This document shows positions 25,795-39,144 of a stretch of 64,000 bases of DNA, in pieces. The stretch spans positions 128,154,001-128,218,000 of the forward strand of contig OX597815.1 in assembly GCA_951406725.2 (NCBI GenBank), written 5' to 3'. This DNA comes from Octopus vulgaris. Its lineage: Eukaryota. The stretch's first letter is position 1. Each line of letters opens with the position of its first letter. Under the pieces are notes generated by a model. The model saw nothing but the letters and a program-made list of their open reading frames with translations, made no database searches and was not told where the DNA came from. Both the position numbers and the translations under genes were made by a program.

Positions 25795-26045
25795 CAGATG
25801 AGTAGCAATGATGAAAATCTTCAGGCAGCAGTGGTGAGAATGCTATTGACAGATACTCATTTCTGCGTCTTTGGGCTTTGTCAGTTGTATGAACAGCCTG
25901 GCAACCACATGCTAAGATAAAATCCATTGTCATTGATATAAGAAAACCATGATTGAGAAATCTGTCATTGCATTTAGCAGCTCAGCTGAATAAAAATCTG
26001 TTATATGCAGCAGAAGTAGTAATTAATTGCAGTATTTATCTGGAG
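25795..26045 (+). mobile_element. Possible highly decayed mariner transposase 3' remnant
   Basis: SSNDENLQAAVVRMLLTDTHFCVFGL resembles the mariner C-terminal F.SDEEVQAAV..W..FY..GI pattern. Confidence 0.3.
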
Positions 26046-26384
26046 AAGATAAAAGTACCAGGGTTGATGCAATCAACTTGACCCCCTCCCCTCAAAATAG
26101 CTGACTTTATGCCAAAATTATAAAGAATTATCTTTGATCTTTTACTTTTTTCAGTTACCAAACCGTGGCTGTGCTGGGGCACCACCCTGAAGAATTTTTT
26201 GTTGAATGTATCAACTCAGGTGCTTAGTTTTTTTTAAAGCCTGGTACTTATTTTATTGGTCTCTTTTGCTGAACAGCTAAGTCATGGGGACATAAACACA
26301 CCAACACTGGTTGTCAAGCAGCATGAAGGGACAAAGACACACACATAGATATACACATGTGCAATAGACTTCTTTCAGTTTCTT

Positions 26385-26614
26385 ATTTCATAATTGCCCA
26401 CAAGGGGCTAAACACAGAGGGGACAAATAAGGAAAGACAAAGGGATTAAGTCAATTATATCGATTCCAGTGCATAACTGGTACTTAATTTATCGACCCCG
26501 AAAGGATGAAAGGCAAAGTTGACCATGGCAGAATTTGAACTCAGAATGTTATGGCAGACAAAATACCACTAAGCATTTTGCCCAGCATGCTAATGTTTCT
26601 GCCAGCTCACTGCC
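26385..26614 (-). mobile_element. SINE family B
   Basis: Reverse complement of the 49669 element. Other copies lie at about 970-1180, 10625-10810, 11580-12060, 15890-16090, 22690-23035, 29465-29670, 31031-31240 (+) and 37390-37605. Confidence 0.8.
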
Positions 26615-28069
26615 TTTCTGTTTACTGGTATTGTCCTGGCTCTCCATCAGTTCTGGTGACAAATGTTCCAGTTGATATGGCCAACCTAACAGCCTGCTCC
26701 TGAAATTAATATGCAAGTGACTGAGCACTCCACAGCTGTCAACCAGATCCACTCAGGAAGCTTTGTTCAGTGCGAGGCTATAGTAGAAAACTAGAAGGGA
26801 CTGAATCCTAAACAATGTGGTTAGAAAGCAAGTTTCTTGTCACACACCTGCACCTATTAATTATCTTTTATTTTGTTTCAGTCACTAGGCTATGGCCATG
26901 CCAGGGTATGGCCTTGAAAGGTTTAATTGAACAAATCAACCACAGTACTTATTTCTTCCATCAGACTCCCTTACTGAACTGCTAGATTACAAGGACATAA
27001 ACCGACCAACACCAGTTGTCAAGCAATGGCAGTCAATGAACATGTACACACACACACACTTGCATCTTTCATCTACCAAATCCCACCAATGCCAGTGCCC
27101 CCTGACTGGCTCCTGTGCTGGTGGCACTATCTGAACATGATCAATGCCAGGGCCGTCTGACTGACTCCTGTGCCTGTGGCATGTAAAAAGCACCCACCAC
27201 AGTCTCATAGTGGTTGGTATTAGGAAGGGCATCCAGCTGTAGAAACATTGCTAGATCAGGATTGGAGCCTGGTGCAGCTACTGGCTTTCCAAACCGTCCA
27301 ACCCATGCCAGCATGGAAAACGGACGTTAAACGCTGATGATGATGCTGAAGGCCTTGGTTGGCCTAGGGCTATGTAGCCCTTGTGCACCCTCTCCTCATG
27401 CCAGCCACTTTACAGTGTACTGAATGCATTTTTCATGCCACCAGCCCTAATGATGTCACCTGGCCTCTGAACTTGCTATTGTATATCATTATTGTCAAGC
27501 CCACTCCTTGTTTTTCTATCTAACCTTATTCCCAGATCCTCCTCTAAACACTTTACCCAGTCCCTCCGAACCTGAACAGGAGACCATCAAAAGTTCTTCC
27601 TTGACCATGTTCTTACAGATACCGACCTATAAATGTTGAAACTGACAACTGAAAGGATAAAAGACAACATTGGCCTTCATGGGATTTGACCTCTTTAAGA
27701 AAAGAGGAAAGTGATTGAATACAGTAAAGCAGTAGTCTAGGGAGAGGAGCCTTATCATTTATATGGATCCCAGGACTTCATCATCATCATCATTTAACGT
27801 TTGTTGTCCATGCTGGTATGGGTTGGACAGTTTGACCAGGCTGGCAAGCGCAAAGGCTGCACCAGACCCCAGTCTGATTTGACATGATTTTCTACAGCTG
27901 GATGCCCTTCCTAATGCCAACTACACCGAGGGTGTAATAGGTGCTTTTACATACCATCAATTTGCATGACACTGGCATCTGCCATGACTGTGACTTTGCT
28001 CAGCTTGATGGGTCTTCTTCTCAAGCATGACATATTTAATCAACCCAACAAGAAATTGCAATCAGAATG

Positions 28070-28450
28070 TCATCATGGCATTCTGTCGGTTATGATGACG
28101 AGGGTTCCAGTTGATCTGATCCAACAGAACAGCCTGCTCATGAAATTAACGTACAAGTGGCTGAGCACTCTACAGACATATGTACCCTTAACATAGTTCT
28201 TGGAGAGATTCAGCATGACGCAGAGTGTGACGAGGCTGGCCCTTTGAAATACATGTATAACAGAAACAGGAAAAGTGAGAGAAAGCTGTGGTGAAAGAGT
28301 ACAATAGGGTTCACCACCACCCCCTGCCGGAGCCTCATGGAGTTTTAGGTATTTTTGCTCAACAAACTCTCACAACACCTGGTCTGGAAATCGAAACTGC
28401 AATCCTAGAACCACGAAGCCACTGCCCTAACCACTGGGCCATTGCACCTC
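28070..28450 (-). mobile_element. tRNA-derived SINE family F
   Basis: Head gcaatggcccagtggttagggcag..ggtttcgatttcc on the minus strand. The body matches 30690-31010 (+), 26640-26735 and 50450-50610. Confidence 0.7.
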
Positions 28451-30035
28451 AGAATGTAGAAAGTAGCAGAAGTAATGAATTAGCATTGGTTTTAACAATG
28501 AGGGTTTGGTTGTTCAATTATGTTACACCACTATATTTGGTGGCCATTTAAGCAATGTGTTTGTGGATGGGTAATGGGTTGGGTATAGAGCTAAATAAGG
28601 AGCAAAAACTCCTGAAATACACACATACTTCCATTACCTACTTTGCTCCCTTTGATCACATTGTTTAGATAGACATACTTGTATATGAAACATTCTAACA
28701 CATCAGGAAATTTGTAGAGCAGTGGCGGCATGTAGATAAAATTAGTTGAGGTGTTGCTGCAGAAAATTTTTAGCCGTTGTTTTAATACTGTGTAAAAAAT
28801 ATAAAAATAATATTTATACATAAACTTGATTGGGTCGTGTTTTAGCCACTGCCGGGTAGTGTTTAATTTGTTCACTGAACACCGCTGCAAATACCCCCTT
28901 GTTTTTTCAAAAATCCCCACTAAATCACAAAATAAGGGGGGAAAATCTGCTCTATTTTTCAAATCCTGGCAGTAACACAGTAACTGGAAGCAGGATAATA
29001 ATCTAATTCTACACTTTATCACATTCAAGAATATAAACACGTTTTTCAGCACAACACATGCGGAGTCAAAAAGAAACACTACCTTTCACCAGCACACGAG
29101 GGTCAGCACTGCGTGAACCACAGTGCTCTCTCTCCCTAGCATACAGCTTCCTATCTCGGACATGTGGGCATGCCAAACACCATGTCCACATGCATCAGTG
29201 CATGCTTGTTTGCTTCCAGTGCCAAAATGAACTGTCCCCAAAACAAGCTGAATGTCCAGTCAATCATGCCAGACCATCAGTATCGAAACAGCTGTACCCA
29301 GTCATCTCTTTCTGGATTTCAGTGCTTCACTGATATTTATTTTATTAACCCGAGCAAGATTTGATCTCAGAACATACAGAAACACACCTAAATACCACAA
29401 GGTATTTATTTCGTTGCTCTACAGATTCTGCCACCCATCACTGCTTATAATTAGAATAAAAATCCTTTCTGCTATAGGCACAAGGCCTGAGATCCTGGAG
29501 AAGGGGATAAGCCAATAACATCAACCCAGTACTAAACTTGTACTTATTTCATCAACTCCAGAAAGATGGAGGACAAAATCAACCTTGGTGGAATTTGAAC
29601 TCAGGATATAGAGACAGATGCAATGCTGCTGAGCTTTTTGTCTGGTGTGCTAGCTACCAGCTCACTGCCTTATATAATTAGAATAATAATGATTTCTAAC
29701 ATTAACCACTTGTCTTGTATCTCACCTCCATCTGTCTTGTATCTTACCTCAGATAATCCCATGGTGTGCTAATGGAAGTTCTATGTCCTACACATCTGTG
29801 TAATGCCAGAATGGCAGAAACTTCTTTAGTCCCTCACACACTTCTTCCAGGACATTGACGATCTACTTCCTGTCACCCTAACAACACCCATCCTTCACTC
29901 CTCTCTTAACATTCCATACACAAATCCCATCCACATGCAACCTAGACGCATCAAGTATGTAAACTTCCTGAACAGAGATCTCTGAAGCATTTTCTAATGA
30001 TGATATATGCTAACCTCATCACCTACAACAACACA

Positions 30036-30116
30036 TGCTTATATACAAAGGAAACACTTCTAGTTATAGACAACACTGCTTATATATAAAGGAAACACTT
30101 CTAGTTATAGACAACA
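30036..30116. repeat. Tandem duplication, unit about 41 bp
   Basis: tgcttatata(c/t)aaaggaaacacttctagttatagacaaca repeated twice. Confidence 0.9.
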
Positions 30117-32669
30117 GGCGACTAAAAACCTTCAAAGTTGCAGCAAAAGATAGGCCTTAACTGAGGAGCTTTCCTGGCAATCACATCAACAATATATTAA
30201 AACTGGCCTTCAATTCAAGGTTGTGTTATTAAGAAGTTTATTTCCCAACATGATTTCAGGTTCAGTCCCACTGCACAACACCTTGGGCAAGTGTCTTCTA
30301 CTATAAGCCCAAGTCCAACCAAAGGCTTATAAGTGGATTTGATAGATGGAAACTGAAAGAAGCCTGTCATAGATATGCATACAAATTCATAATAATACAT
30401 GAATACAGTATGTACAGCCATATCTTGACATCATACAATGGTTGTAGTTGAGCATCATCAGAATACGAGTGAGGCTGTTCTTTAGTTTTTTGCTAAACAC
30501 ATATGGCCATGAGGAAATATTACCATGCTTGGAAGCAAGTGCTTCTGACTGTAGAAAAGCTCTGCCTCAACAAATTTCATCTGACCAATGCAAACATTGA
30601 AAAGTGGAATATAAGATGCTGGTGATGATGCTGATGATGAAGGTGAGTGACAGAGAATGCCTGATATATTTCTTATAATACTAGTAAGAGAAAATACATG
30701 GTCCAGTGGCTAAGGAACTCGGCTCATGATCGTTAAATTGTGAACTCAATTCCTGGTGGCATGTGTTTTTCAGTGAGGTATTTTATTTCTTGTTGCTCTA
30801 GTCCATTCATCTGACAAAAATGAGTAGTAGCTGTAATTCAAAGGGTCGGCCTTGTCATACCCTGCATCACACTGAATCTCCCTGAGAACTACATTAGGGA
30901 TACGTATGTCTGTGGAGTGCTCAGTCACTTGCATGTTAATTTCAGGAGCAGGCTGTTAGGTTGGTCATATCAACTGGAACATTTGTCACCAGAACTGATG
31001 GAGAGCCAGGCCAATACTAGTAAACAGAAAGGTGGCGAGTTGGCACAAATGTTAGCATGCTGGGCAAAATGCTTAGTGGTATTTCATGTCTTTATGTTCC
31101 GAGTTCAAATTCTGCCGAGGTCGACTTTGCGTTTCCTTTCAGGGCTGATAAATTAAGTACCAGTTGTGTACTGGGGTCGATCTAATCGACTAGCCCCCCT
31201 CCCCAAAAATTTCGGGCTTTGTGTCTAGAGTAGAAAAAAATACTATTAACAGAAATTCTCTTTTAAGGCTTAAAAATTTTTACACTTGAAAAACTAGCCA
31301 AAACAAAATAAACCTGACCAGTTGCGTATAGTTTGTCCAGTTAACATCCATTTTACCATGCTAACATGGGTTATATTTTACTTGTTTCAGTCACTGGACT
31401 GTGGCCATGCTGGGGCATTACATTGAAGGGGTTAGTCAAACAAATCAACTCCAGTACATACAGTATCAGTCTCCTTTGCTGTACCACTAAGCTCCTGAGA
31501 TGTAAACAAACCAACACCAGTTATTGAACAGTAGGGAGACAGAAACACACACATTTGCGTATACATACACCCAGTTTCCAACTACCAAATTCACTTACAA
31601 GGCATCGGTTAGCTTGGGATTACAGTAGAAAACACCTGCTCAAAATACCATGCAGTGGGATTGAACTCTAACAACACATGACTGCAAAGTGAGCTTAAAT
31701 CACACAGCCACAAGTTTTTTCTAAAGCTCAAAATATATGCTATATATAGTAGGATCTCACGTATGTAATAAAGAGAGTTGGCAGACTTCAATTAAGACAC
31801 ATTGTACATGAGATTAACAAAACCCCGCTCTAGTGTACTTAAAATCTATGCTGTGCTTTTAGCCAAAAGGTTAAAAACTGAGTTGGTGCTAAAAATTTTT
31901 AAAAGAGTAAGGAAGGTAACTCTAGTAAAATCAATTAAATGAAACTTTTGAAAACTACAGAAAAAGCAGTATTGAAGTTGGATTTTCTGTAGCTAATAAA
32001 TGGGAGATACTGTTACCAGGTTATGTTGTGATCACAAACAACCAGAGTGAAATAGAATCAAAGAAACTAGTGACGGTCTGCATTAGGTTCCAAGGGACAG
32101 CATTTTTAGTTGCCAGTGCCGCTGGACTGGCTCCTGTGCAGATGGCACATAAAAAACACCATTTAAGCATGGCCGTTGCCAGTACTGCCTGACTGGTCCT
32201 CGTGACACAACACCTGCTACACTCTCAGAGTGGTCAGTGTTAGGAAGGGCATCCAACTGTAGCAACTCCACTAGGTCAGACTGGAGCTTAGTGCAGCCAT
32301 CTGGTTCGCCAGTCCTCAGTCAAATCGTCCAACTCATGCTATAGCATGGAAAGCAGACATTAAACGATGATGAACTATATTCCCAATGGAATGTAAATTG
32401 CTCTACCAGACAAACTTAACTCAAATCTCATGACCTAAGCTCATCCCAAGTCAATTCCAGTCGATGCCATTCTGACACTACAATTCAAATTTTAGCCCTG
32501 ATATCATATTGATACAACACAATACTGTGTGCCTTTTCTAAGTAATTCCAATTGATCTTATTGCAGTTATCTCCCGAGCTTGGATTTTTTTCTAAGATCA
32601 CCCCTGATTCTATGATACAAACTTTCTGTTTTCAAGGGATCTACATTGAAACCTTTCATCAAAATTTCA

Positions 32670-33057
32670 TACTCTTTTACTGGTTTCAGTCATTTGACTG
32701 CGGCCATGCTGGAGCACCGACCTTAGTCGAAGAAATCGACCCCAGAACTTATTCTTTGTAAGCCTAGTACTTATTCTATTGGTCTCTATTGCCAAACCGT
32801 TAAGTTACAGCGACGTAAACACAGAAGCATCAGTTGTCAAGCGATGTTGGGGGATACACACAGACGCACAAACATATATATACACACATATATACAATGG
32901 ACTTTTTTCAGTTTCCATCTACCAAATCTACTCACAAAGTTTTGGTCGGCCCAAGGCTATAGTAGAAGACACTTGCCCAAGGTAGCACGCAGTGGGACTG
33001 AACCCGGAGCCATGTGGTTGGTAAGCAAGCTACTTACCACACAACCACTCCTGCGCC
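32670..33057 (-). mobile_element. SINE family A, full length
   Basis: Colinear with other copies. Further decayed copies lie at about 5360-5800, 7570-7720, 10100-10250, 26139-26860, 30215-30370, 31375-31710, 33993-34340, 46034-46200, 47950-48240 and 57490-57820. Confidence 0.85.
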
Positions 33058-34368
33058 TATGTTTATATTCCAAAACCCAGCTCAATAATCACTTATTTCA
33101 TTAAATTCTTCTTTATTTGCAATAACTCAAATAAAGCTAGGACATTTCAACAACAAAAGTACACCACACCCTATAATCACTTAAAGCTTTTCACTTCACT
33201 GTTACGTCTCTGAGATGGGTAGGAGGTATTTTGGCACAATTGTTTTGGTAGGCTGATTTATCTGATATCAGACACTTTAATGTGTCATGCATTCTCTCTA
33301 ATTCTACTTGGTGTGTATCTCCTTATGTTTCTCTATGTATAATCTCCCTCTCTCTTTTTTAATTTCTTTGACCATAAGGTCAGTTGACCCCAGAAAATTG
33401 TTTTATTAACAACATACTTTTACAGGAAGGAAAAAAGAAAAAAAAACATTAAAAGTATAAAAGATCAAATTATCAAGAAAAAATACTAAAGAGAAAGAAA
33501 AAAATGGGTGGGGGTAGAATTAAGCAACAGAAGATGATGTGGGGAGGAGGTAATGAGTTGCACACACCTGTATATTTCTGTGCATGCTAGTGTGTGTGTG
33601 TTTACCTCCAGTGCCAAAACATACTGTCACCAAAACAGATTGAATGTCCAGTCAGCTAGCCATGTCCAATCATCTTATTCTGATTTGAGGCCCTACTGCA
33701 TTTCTATTTAGTATACAGAATGCTACCTTGAGCTCTACATTTCTTCAGCCATATTGTTTATACTTTGGTTGAAGTCTAAGAGAATATAACAAAATAAAAA
33801 ATGAAACTATTTATACAAAAAGGATAAAAGAAAGTGAACAACGTGGTGCCCCAGCCTGGCTGTAGTCTGACTGAAACAAATAGAATTTCCAAAACAAACC
33901 TGGTTGGAATTTAATTTTGTCTTAGAGAAATTATAGATAAATCTTATTTTTCACATCTATTTTGAAGCAGCAAATGAAGATGATATAACAATCCTTTTAC
34001 TTGTTTCAGTCATTTAACTGTGGCCATGCTGGAGCACTGCCTTTAGTCAAACAAATCAACTCCAGAACTTATTCTTTGTAAGCCTAGTATTTTATCAGTC
34101 ACTTTTGCTGAACTCCTAGGTTACAGGAATGTAAACACACCAACATCTGTTGTCAAGCAATGGTGGGACAAATACAGATACACAAACACACACACATATA
34201 TATATATACATGACAGGCTTCTTTCAGTTTCTGCCTACCAAATCCTCTCACAAGACACTTGCCCAAGGTGCCACGCAGTGGGACTGAACCTAGAACCATG
34301 TGGGTGGGAAGCAAGCTTCTTACCACTCAGCCATACCCATGCTATAAGCAGAAAAAAATTTTGTTACT

Positions 34369-34581
34369 GAGGGTGTTCATAAATTATGTTTACACTTTAT
34401 TCTATCTTTTAAAGTGGAGATCCATCCATCAACCTGCATGCAAACAATGGAGCCCAAGTGAAAGTGTTCTGATGCTTCTAGTAAAACTTTGTTTGCATGT
34501 TTTCCAATGTTTGCATATGCTATCCTTATTTTTAATTTATTTCTTTTTTCAAATTGTAAAAGTAATTTTATGGACACCCTG
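34369..34581. mobile_element. Tc1/mariner-derived MITE
   Basis: Imperfect TIRs of about 28 bp (gagggtgttcataaattatgtttaca / tgtaaaagtaattttatggacaccctg). The internal remnant resembles a transposase C-terminus. Confidence 0.6.
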
Positions 34582-35194
34582 TTTAATCTTAAACAGATTT
34601 CTTAGGTGCATACTTAAAGCATAATAAAATTAATAGCTGGATATTCTTGCTGTTGGTGATCCTCTACAACATGAATTGGGTACTAAGTACAAAATGTGGG
34701 CTCACACACTTTATAATAAATGTTCCTCATATCCTATATAACACTTAAAGGGTTTATTATTTTAAATAAGTTAATATTTAGCTTAACACATTTTCAACAT
34801 CACTTTTAGATGCAGTATAGTATTTGTAATTTAAACACATTCCACCATATTAATAGAACTATATTGAAATTTATCTTACAGTTACTTCAGTAATCCCAGT
34901 ACATTAAAAGTACTCTTTTCATGGCCCTCTTAATCTCTGGTTTCCTAATTTATGGCATTAAGCAAATTAAATCTTCCGCTGGATGAAACGCCAGTCTACT
35001 GCAAATAACTTTCTCTACAGGAGTAATGAAATTCAGCATTGTAGGACAATGGATCCTTAAATTTTACAAAGCAGCTATTGTTTAGAGTTGTGAATTATAC
35101 CACCTGTTGCACATACAAAGAATGAACTTAAACTCAAGTGTTGAGAATCAAATATCCTGTTTACAGCAGTGAATTATAACAAAATAGTACTTCT

Positions 35195-35635
35195 CTTTGC
35201 AATCTTCTTTAGCATGGTACTGTGGGCAGCCATCTACATCCATTTCAATGGTGATGGGAACATATTCAACCTTCAACAGCTCTTTGTTTGCACGAAAACA
35301 CTGGAGGAGCTCATCCTTGACCTGTTGTTTGCAGATGACTGTGCTCTTCTAGCACACATACAGGAAGTCCTCCAAACAGTCATGTTTAACTTCGTTAAAG
35401 CAGCTAAGGTTGCTTTCAGACCACTGCAAGTAATGTTGAGAAGGCCAGAGAAACTGCAGCGGATGAGAAACACCAAAGAAGGCAAGAATCATTGTTACAA
35501 CCCCCATCTGATCAAAACCTATGTATCTTCCACAAGTGTGCTAGAGCCTGTTGTTCAAAGATTGGTTTACATATCCATTTAAGAGCTTGTTGTTCTTCCT
35601 CATGCTCGCCAGACATGAAGAACAACCATCATCCA
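35195..35635 (+). mobile_element. RTE (BovB/Expander-like) LINE remnant, internally deleted
   Basis: IYIHFNGDGNIFNLQQL..TKTLEELILDLLFADDCALLAH (FADD RT motif) joined to a 3'-end-like segment. Confidence 0.8.
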
Positions 35636-36179
35636 TAACTATATATAATTAACTGAACTTAAGCATTGAGAATTGAATATTTGTTAACAGCAGTGAATAA
35701 TATCATTGAGAAGTACCTACATAGAATTAACTAACGTGTTTACAGTTAAATGTCTCATTTACAATGGTTTAAAACAGTAGTACCTATATAGTATTAACTG
35801 GATTCAAGTATTGAGGATTAAGTGTCTTGTTCATCGACTCAATGTTGTACTGGTGAGAGGATGTGAACTGCCAGTTCATATTCTGTTGATGCAGCTATAT
35901 ATACTCACCCATTAGGTGATATGAGATAACTTTAAACAACATGAATGCTGTCAATAAACTTTTACAAGACAATGAAGTGGATAAAACAAACAGGATGTTG
36001 GACTAAATAGCATAATAGTATTTAGTCCAACCTGGTTACATTCTAAGTTCAAATTCCACCAGTGTTAATAAAAGAAGTATCAGTAATAATACTGGAGTCA
36101 ATTCAGTCAACCATACACAGCCCTCTCTAAGATTTGTTAGTGGATAATAGAAGAAATCCCAGCCCCTATAAAAGTTCCT

Positions 36180-37159
36180 TGTGAATAATAATAGACATCA
36201 ATTTTTAAATATTTCAAATACAGAAGAAAACTAATTCGCAAGGAAATACTTTTAAAATAATTCAATCTTTATAATATTAAGGTTTTTTTTTTTTATTTTT
36301 GCTTTCATTTTTTATTTCTAAAAACATTTCAATTTAGTGATCAACATGATAACCACCACACACACATCTTTTCGGAAGGAGTAGTAAAAGAGAACTCCAT
36401 TATCACTGATACAAAAACTTAACAATGATTGTACTGAAATACAATAAATTAAAACTGTTTGATAAGACACAAGAAAAAAAAAAAATAAAGTAGTCAACTG
36501 TGCCATTTATGAACATGTTTTGCTTTTTTTTTTTTTCTTTTTCAGTTTTTTCCTTATAAGGTAAATAGATTATACAATAATATACTCAATAAGATGTATA
36601 CATCAACAACTGTTTATTGATCTTTACAGCCTTAACTGAACAAAATATATCATTCTAGAGACAAAAAAAAAATGAAAAAAGAAATGGATAAAAATTATAT
36701 AAAATTAAAATCAAGCTTTAATCCAGTATTAACATTGTTTGTATTTTAAATTTAAGGCTGCAATAATCCTATTTACATACACAGGCTTTAACTCAGAACA
36801 ATAACATATATAATGCAGTAATTCCAATTTGAATATTTTTGAAAAGATATTTTACAATATAAAGCATCACTTGCAATACAAACATCTCTTACGAGTTTCT
36901 GATTCCTTTTAACATAGGCTATAAATATAACCTGTCTATTTGTACACAATAGCAATCTTTTATCAACTATTATTATAATTATCTTTTCTTTTTTTAGAAA
37001 CAAATTCCGTTTGAAGACTGTTATAGAATGGTGTGTTGGAGAATGTTACGGTATTTTTGTTATTTTTAGTTATTATTTGAACCGAGTCAGAGTTTGGTAA
37101 ATGCATTAACAGTACCAGCGAAACAGTTATTCTAACACAGTATGTGCACTTTCGGGTCT
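36180..37159 (-). other. Putative 3' UTR of the TFG-like gene
   Basis: Repeat-free AT-rich stretch after the stop codon, with several minus-strand AATAAA (tttatt on +, e.g. near 36292 and 36613). The end point is uncertain. Confidence 0.45.
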
Positions 37160-37357
37160 TCATAATGGGGGATATTTAGCAGCTGGTCGAGGATACCCTC
37201 CACCATAAGTTGAACCTGGGCCTCTAGCATAAGGGTTTGATCCACCTTCAGACATTGGGGGCGGTGTGGCAGAAGTACTGCTTACTTGAGGGCTGTAGCC
37301 AAACTGTTGGTTTGCTTGAGACTGATGTGGAACTTGGCCTGGCATCTGCGGTTGACC
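37160..37357 (-). CDS. TFG: Probable TFG (TRK-fused gene) terminal exon
   Basis: Acceptor ttattgttaccacag|GGT, phase 0. Encodes GQPQMPGQVPHQSQANQQFGYSPQVSSTSATPPPMSEGGSNPYARGPGSTYGGGYPRPAAKYPPL-stop, resembling the human TFG end [29 protein letters not shown]. The PB1-domain exons are not in the window, so the identification rests on this tail alone. Confidence 0.72.
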   Translation of the reverse strand, partial: GQPQMPGQVPHQSQANQQFGYSPQVSSTSATPPPMSEGGSNPYARGPGSTYGGGYPRPAAKYPPL

Positions 37358-38177
37358 CTGTGGTAACAATAATAATAATGACAATATTAGTTTCTGGTTT
37401 AAGCACAAGGTCAATAATTTCAATAGAGTGGGATTAATTGTCAACATTGACCCCAGTACTTGACTGGTACTTTATTTTATTGGCCTTGCAGGGATAAAAG
37501 GCAAAGTTGGGCTCAGCAGGATTTGAACTCAGAATGTAAAGAGCCAGAAGAAATACTGCAAGGCATTTTGTCTGAGGCTCTAATGATTCTGCCAATCCAC
37601 CACCCGAACAACAAGAGGTTTATACTGCCATAATTGATAGACAAATATATATATTAATATACTCATCGCAAGGCAAATAAAATTGAACTGAAAAGAATAA
37701 AACTAAAATTTATAAGTTCATACTTTTAAGTTAAGCAATTGCAAACTCACATTACTTTCAAAGCATAAATTCAAATAAATAAATAAAATAAATAAAACTA
37801 AATAAAAATTGCAATCACAGAAGTTATTTGAGTTTGTATACACTGAATGTCAGAATAACAATGCATATTCTTTGTTCAATCTTAGATTAGTTTTCAACAT
37901 ATATAATATGAATTTAATATTAAAATTAGTTATTCATATAAGTGGAGTCTCTTGTGATATCATACAAGTAGTTACTAGTTTACTTATGTGAAATGAACAA
38001 AACTGTTTTTTTTTTTCAGCATATATTTTATTCATTTCATTGATTATAAGCACACATACATACACATGAGCCATGTATATCACCCAGAATTCAAGATTAA
38101 GTCACTTCATGACGATTTGATATGTAATAATATAAACAAAAATTTCTGATATCAAAGGAATCAATGAAATACATACC

Positions 38178-38180
<3 letters not shown>

Positions 38181-38231
<51 letters not shown>
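38181..38231. repeat. (TA)n microsatellite
   Basis: Perfect TA run. Others occur at about 1515-1559 and 25627-25760. Confidence 0.97.
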
Positions 38232-38233
<2 letters not shown>

Positions 38234-38539
38234 CTACATAAGAAACCCGTTTTAATAAACACAAAGCTAAGATTGATGGAATTGAAACATTCCAGTAAAA
38301 AGGAAAAAAAGAGGTGATATATCTGAAGTTCTGCAGTTCAAATTTTTGCTGCATCAAAAAAATAAACCTAAAGGACAGTGTGCTATATACAGCAGAGGCT
38401 GGCATGTTAACAATAGTTCCAATCTTAACTAGAAATCTAGCCAGAACTGTTTCAGTATAATAAACTAGCATCTTGTCCAAAAGAAAATGTTCCTCAACTA
38501 GTTATTGAGATGAATTCAAACTTTATCAAAAACCCCTAA

Positions 38540-39130
38540 ATATTTATATTTTAGGGGACAACAACTTGGAACCATGGAAGACACATGGTTCTAGCTAAAT
38601 AGAAGGCAAAACGGGAGTGGAGTGGTATAATTTAAAGAACCATAAGGTTTACATGTCAGGTCTGAAAAGAATGGAAGATACTAGGGAGCAAAGAATAATA
38701 TCTCCAGTAGCTTGAAGAGAAGCCAGCTATCAAGAAATATTTAGCAAGGAGAGAAGCAGAAAGTAAGAGGTCTGCCAATTTTCTATCAAGTAAGGGTTAA
38801 AGGTGGGAGTTGTTCTGCCTCACAAACCAATGTACCAGCATTAATCAATATAGCATTAGTGAAAAGTATGAATATAATAAGAGTTGCACATCTCCCTTGA
38901 CAGGTACCAAGAAAAAGCTATAGAAATGCTGTTACATGAGGATGCTGAATGAGATCAGTGCTCAGAAGAGAGAAAGAGCTAAAGAAAGGCATTATTTGAG
39001 GTAGAGTCAACAGAGATACTGGCTAACAGAGGGTTCAAATGGTATCAAAGATATGAAAGCAAGGAGAGCAGCCTGACCACCAGAGATAGTCACAGAGAGG
39101 TTGAAATAGGACATGTACTATCTGACTGAC
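38540..39130 (-). mobile_element. Possible decayed LINE endonuclease-region remnant
   Basis: Purine-skewed block with higher GC than its flanks and no intact ORF. The assignment is weak. Confidence 0.25.
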
Positions 39131-39144
39131 TTGGCAAGTGACTA

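Noticed and set aside
35997-36031. 13-bp perfect hairpin gttggactaaata / tatttagtccaac
   Set aside because: Short, AT-rich and overlapping a decayed SINE head; likely a local template-switch scar.
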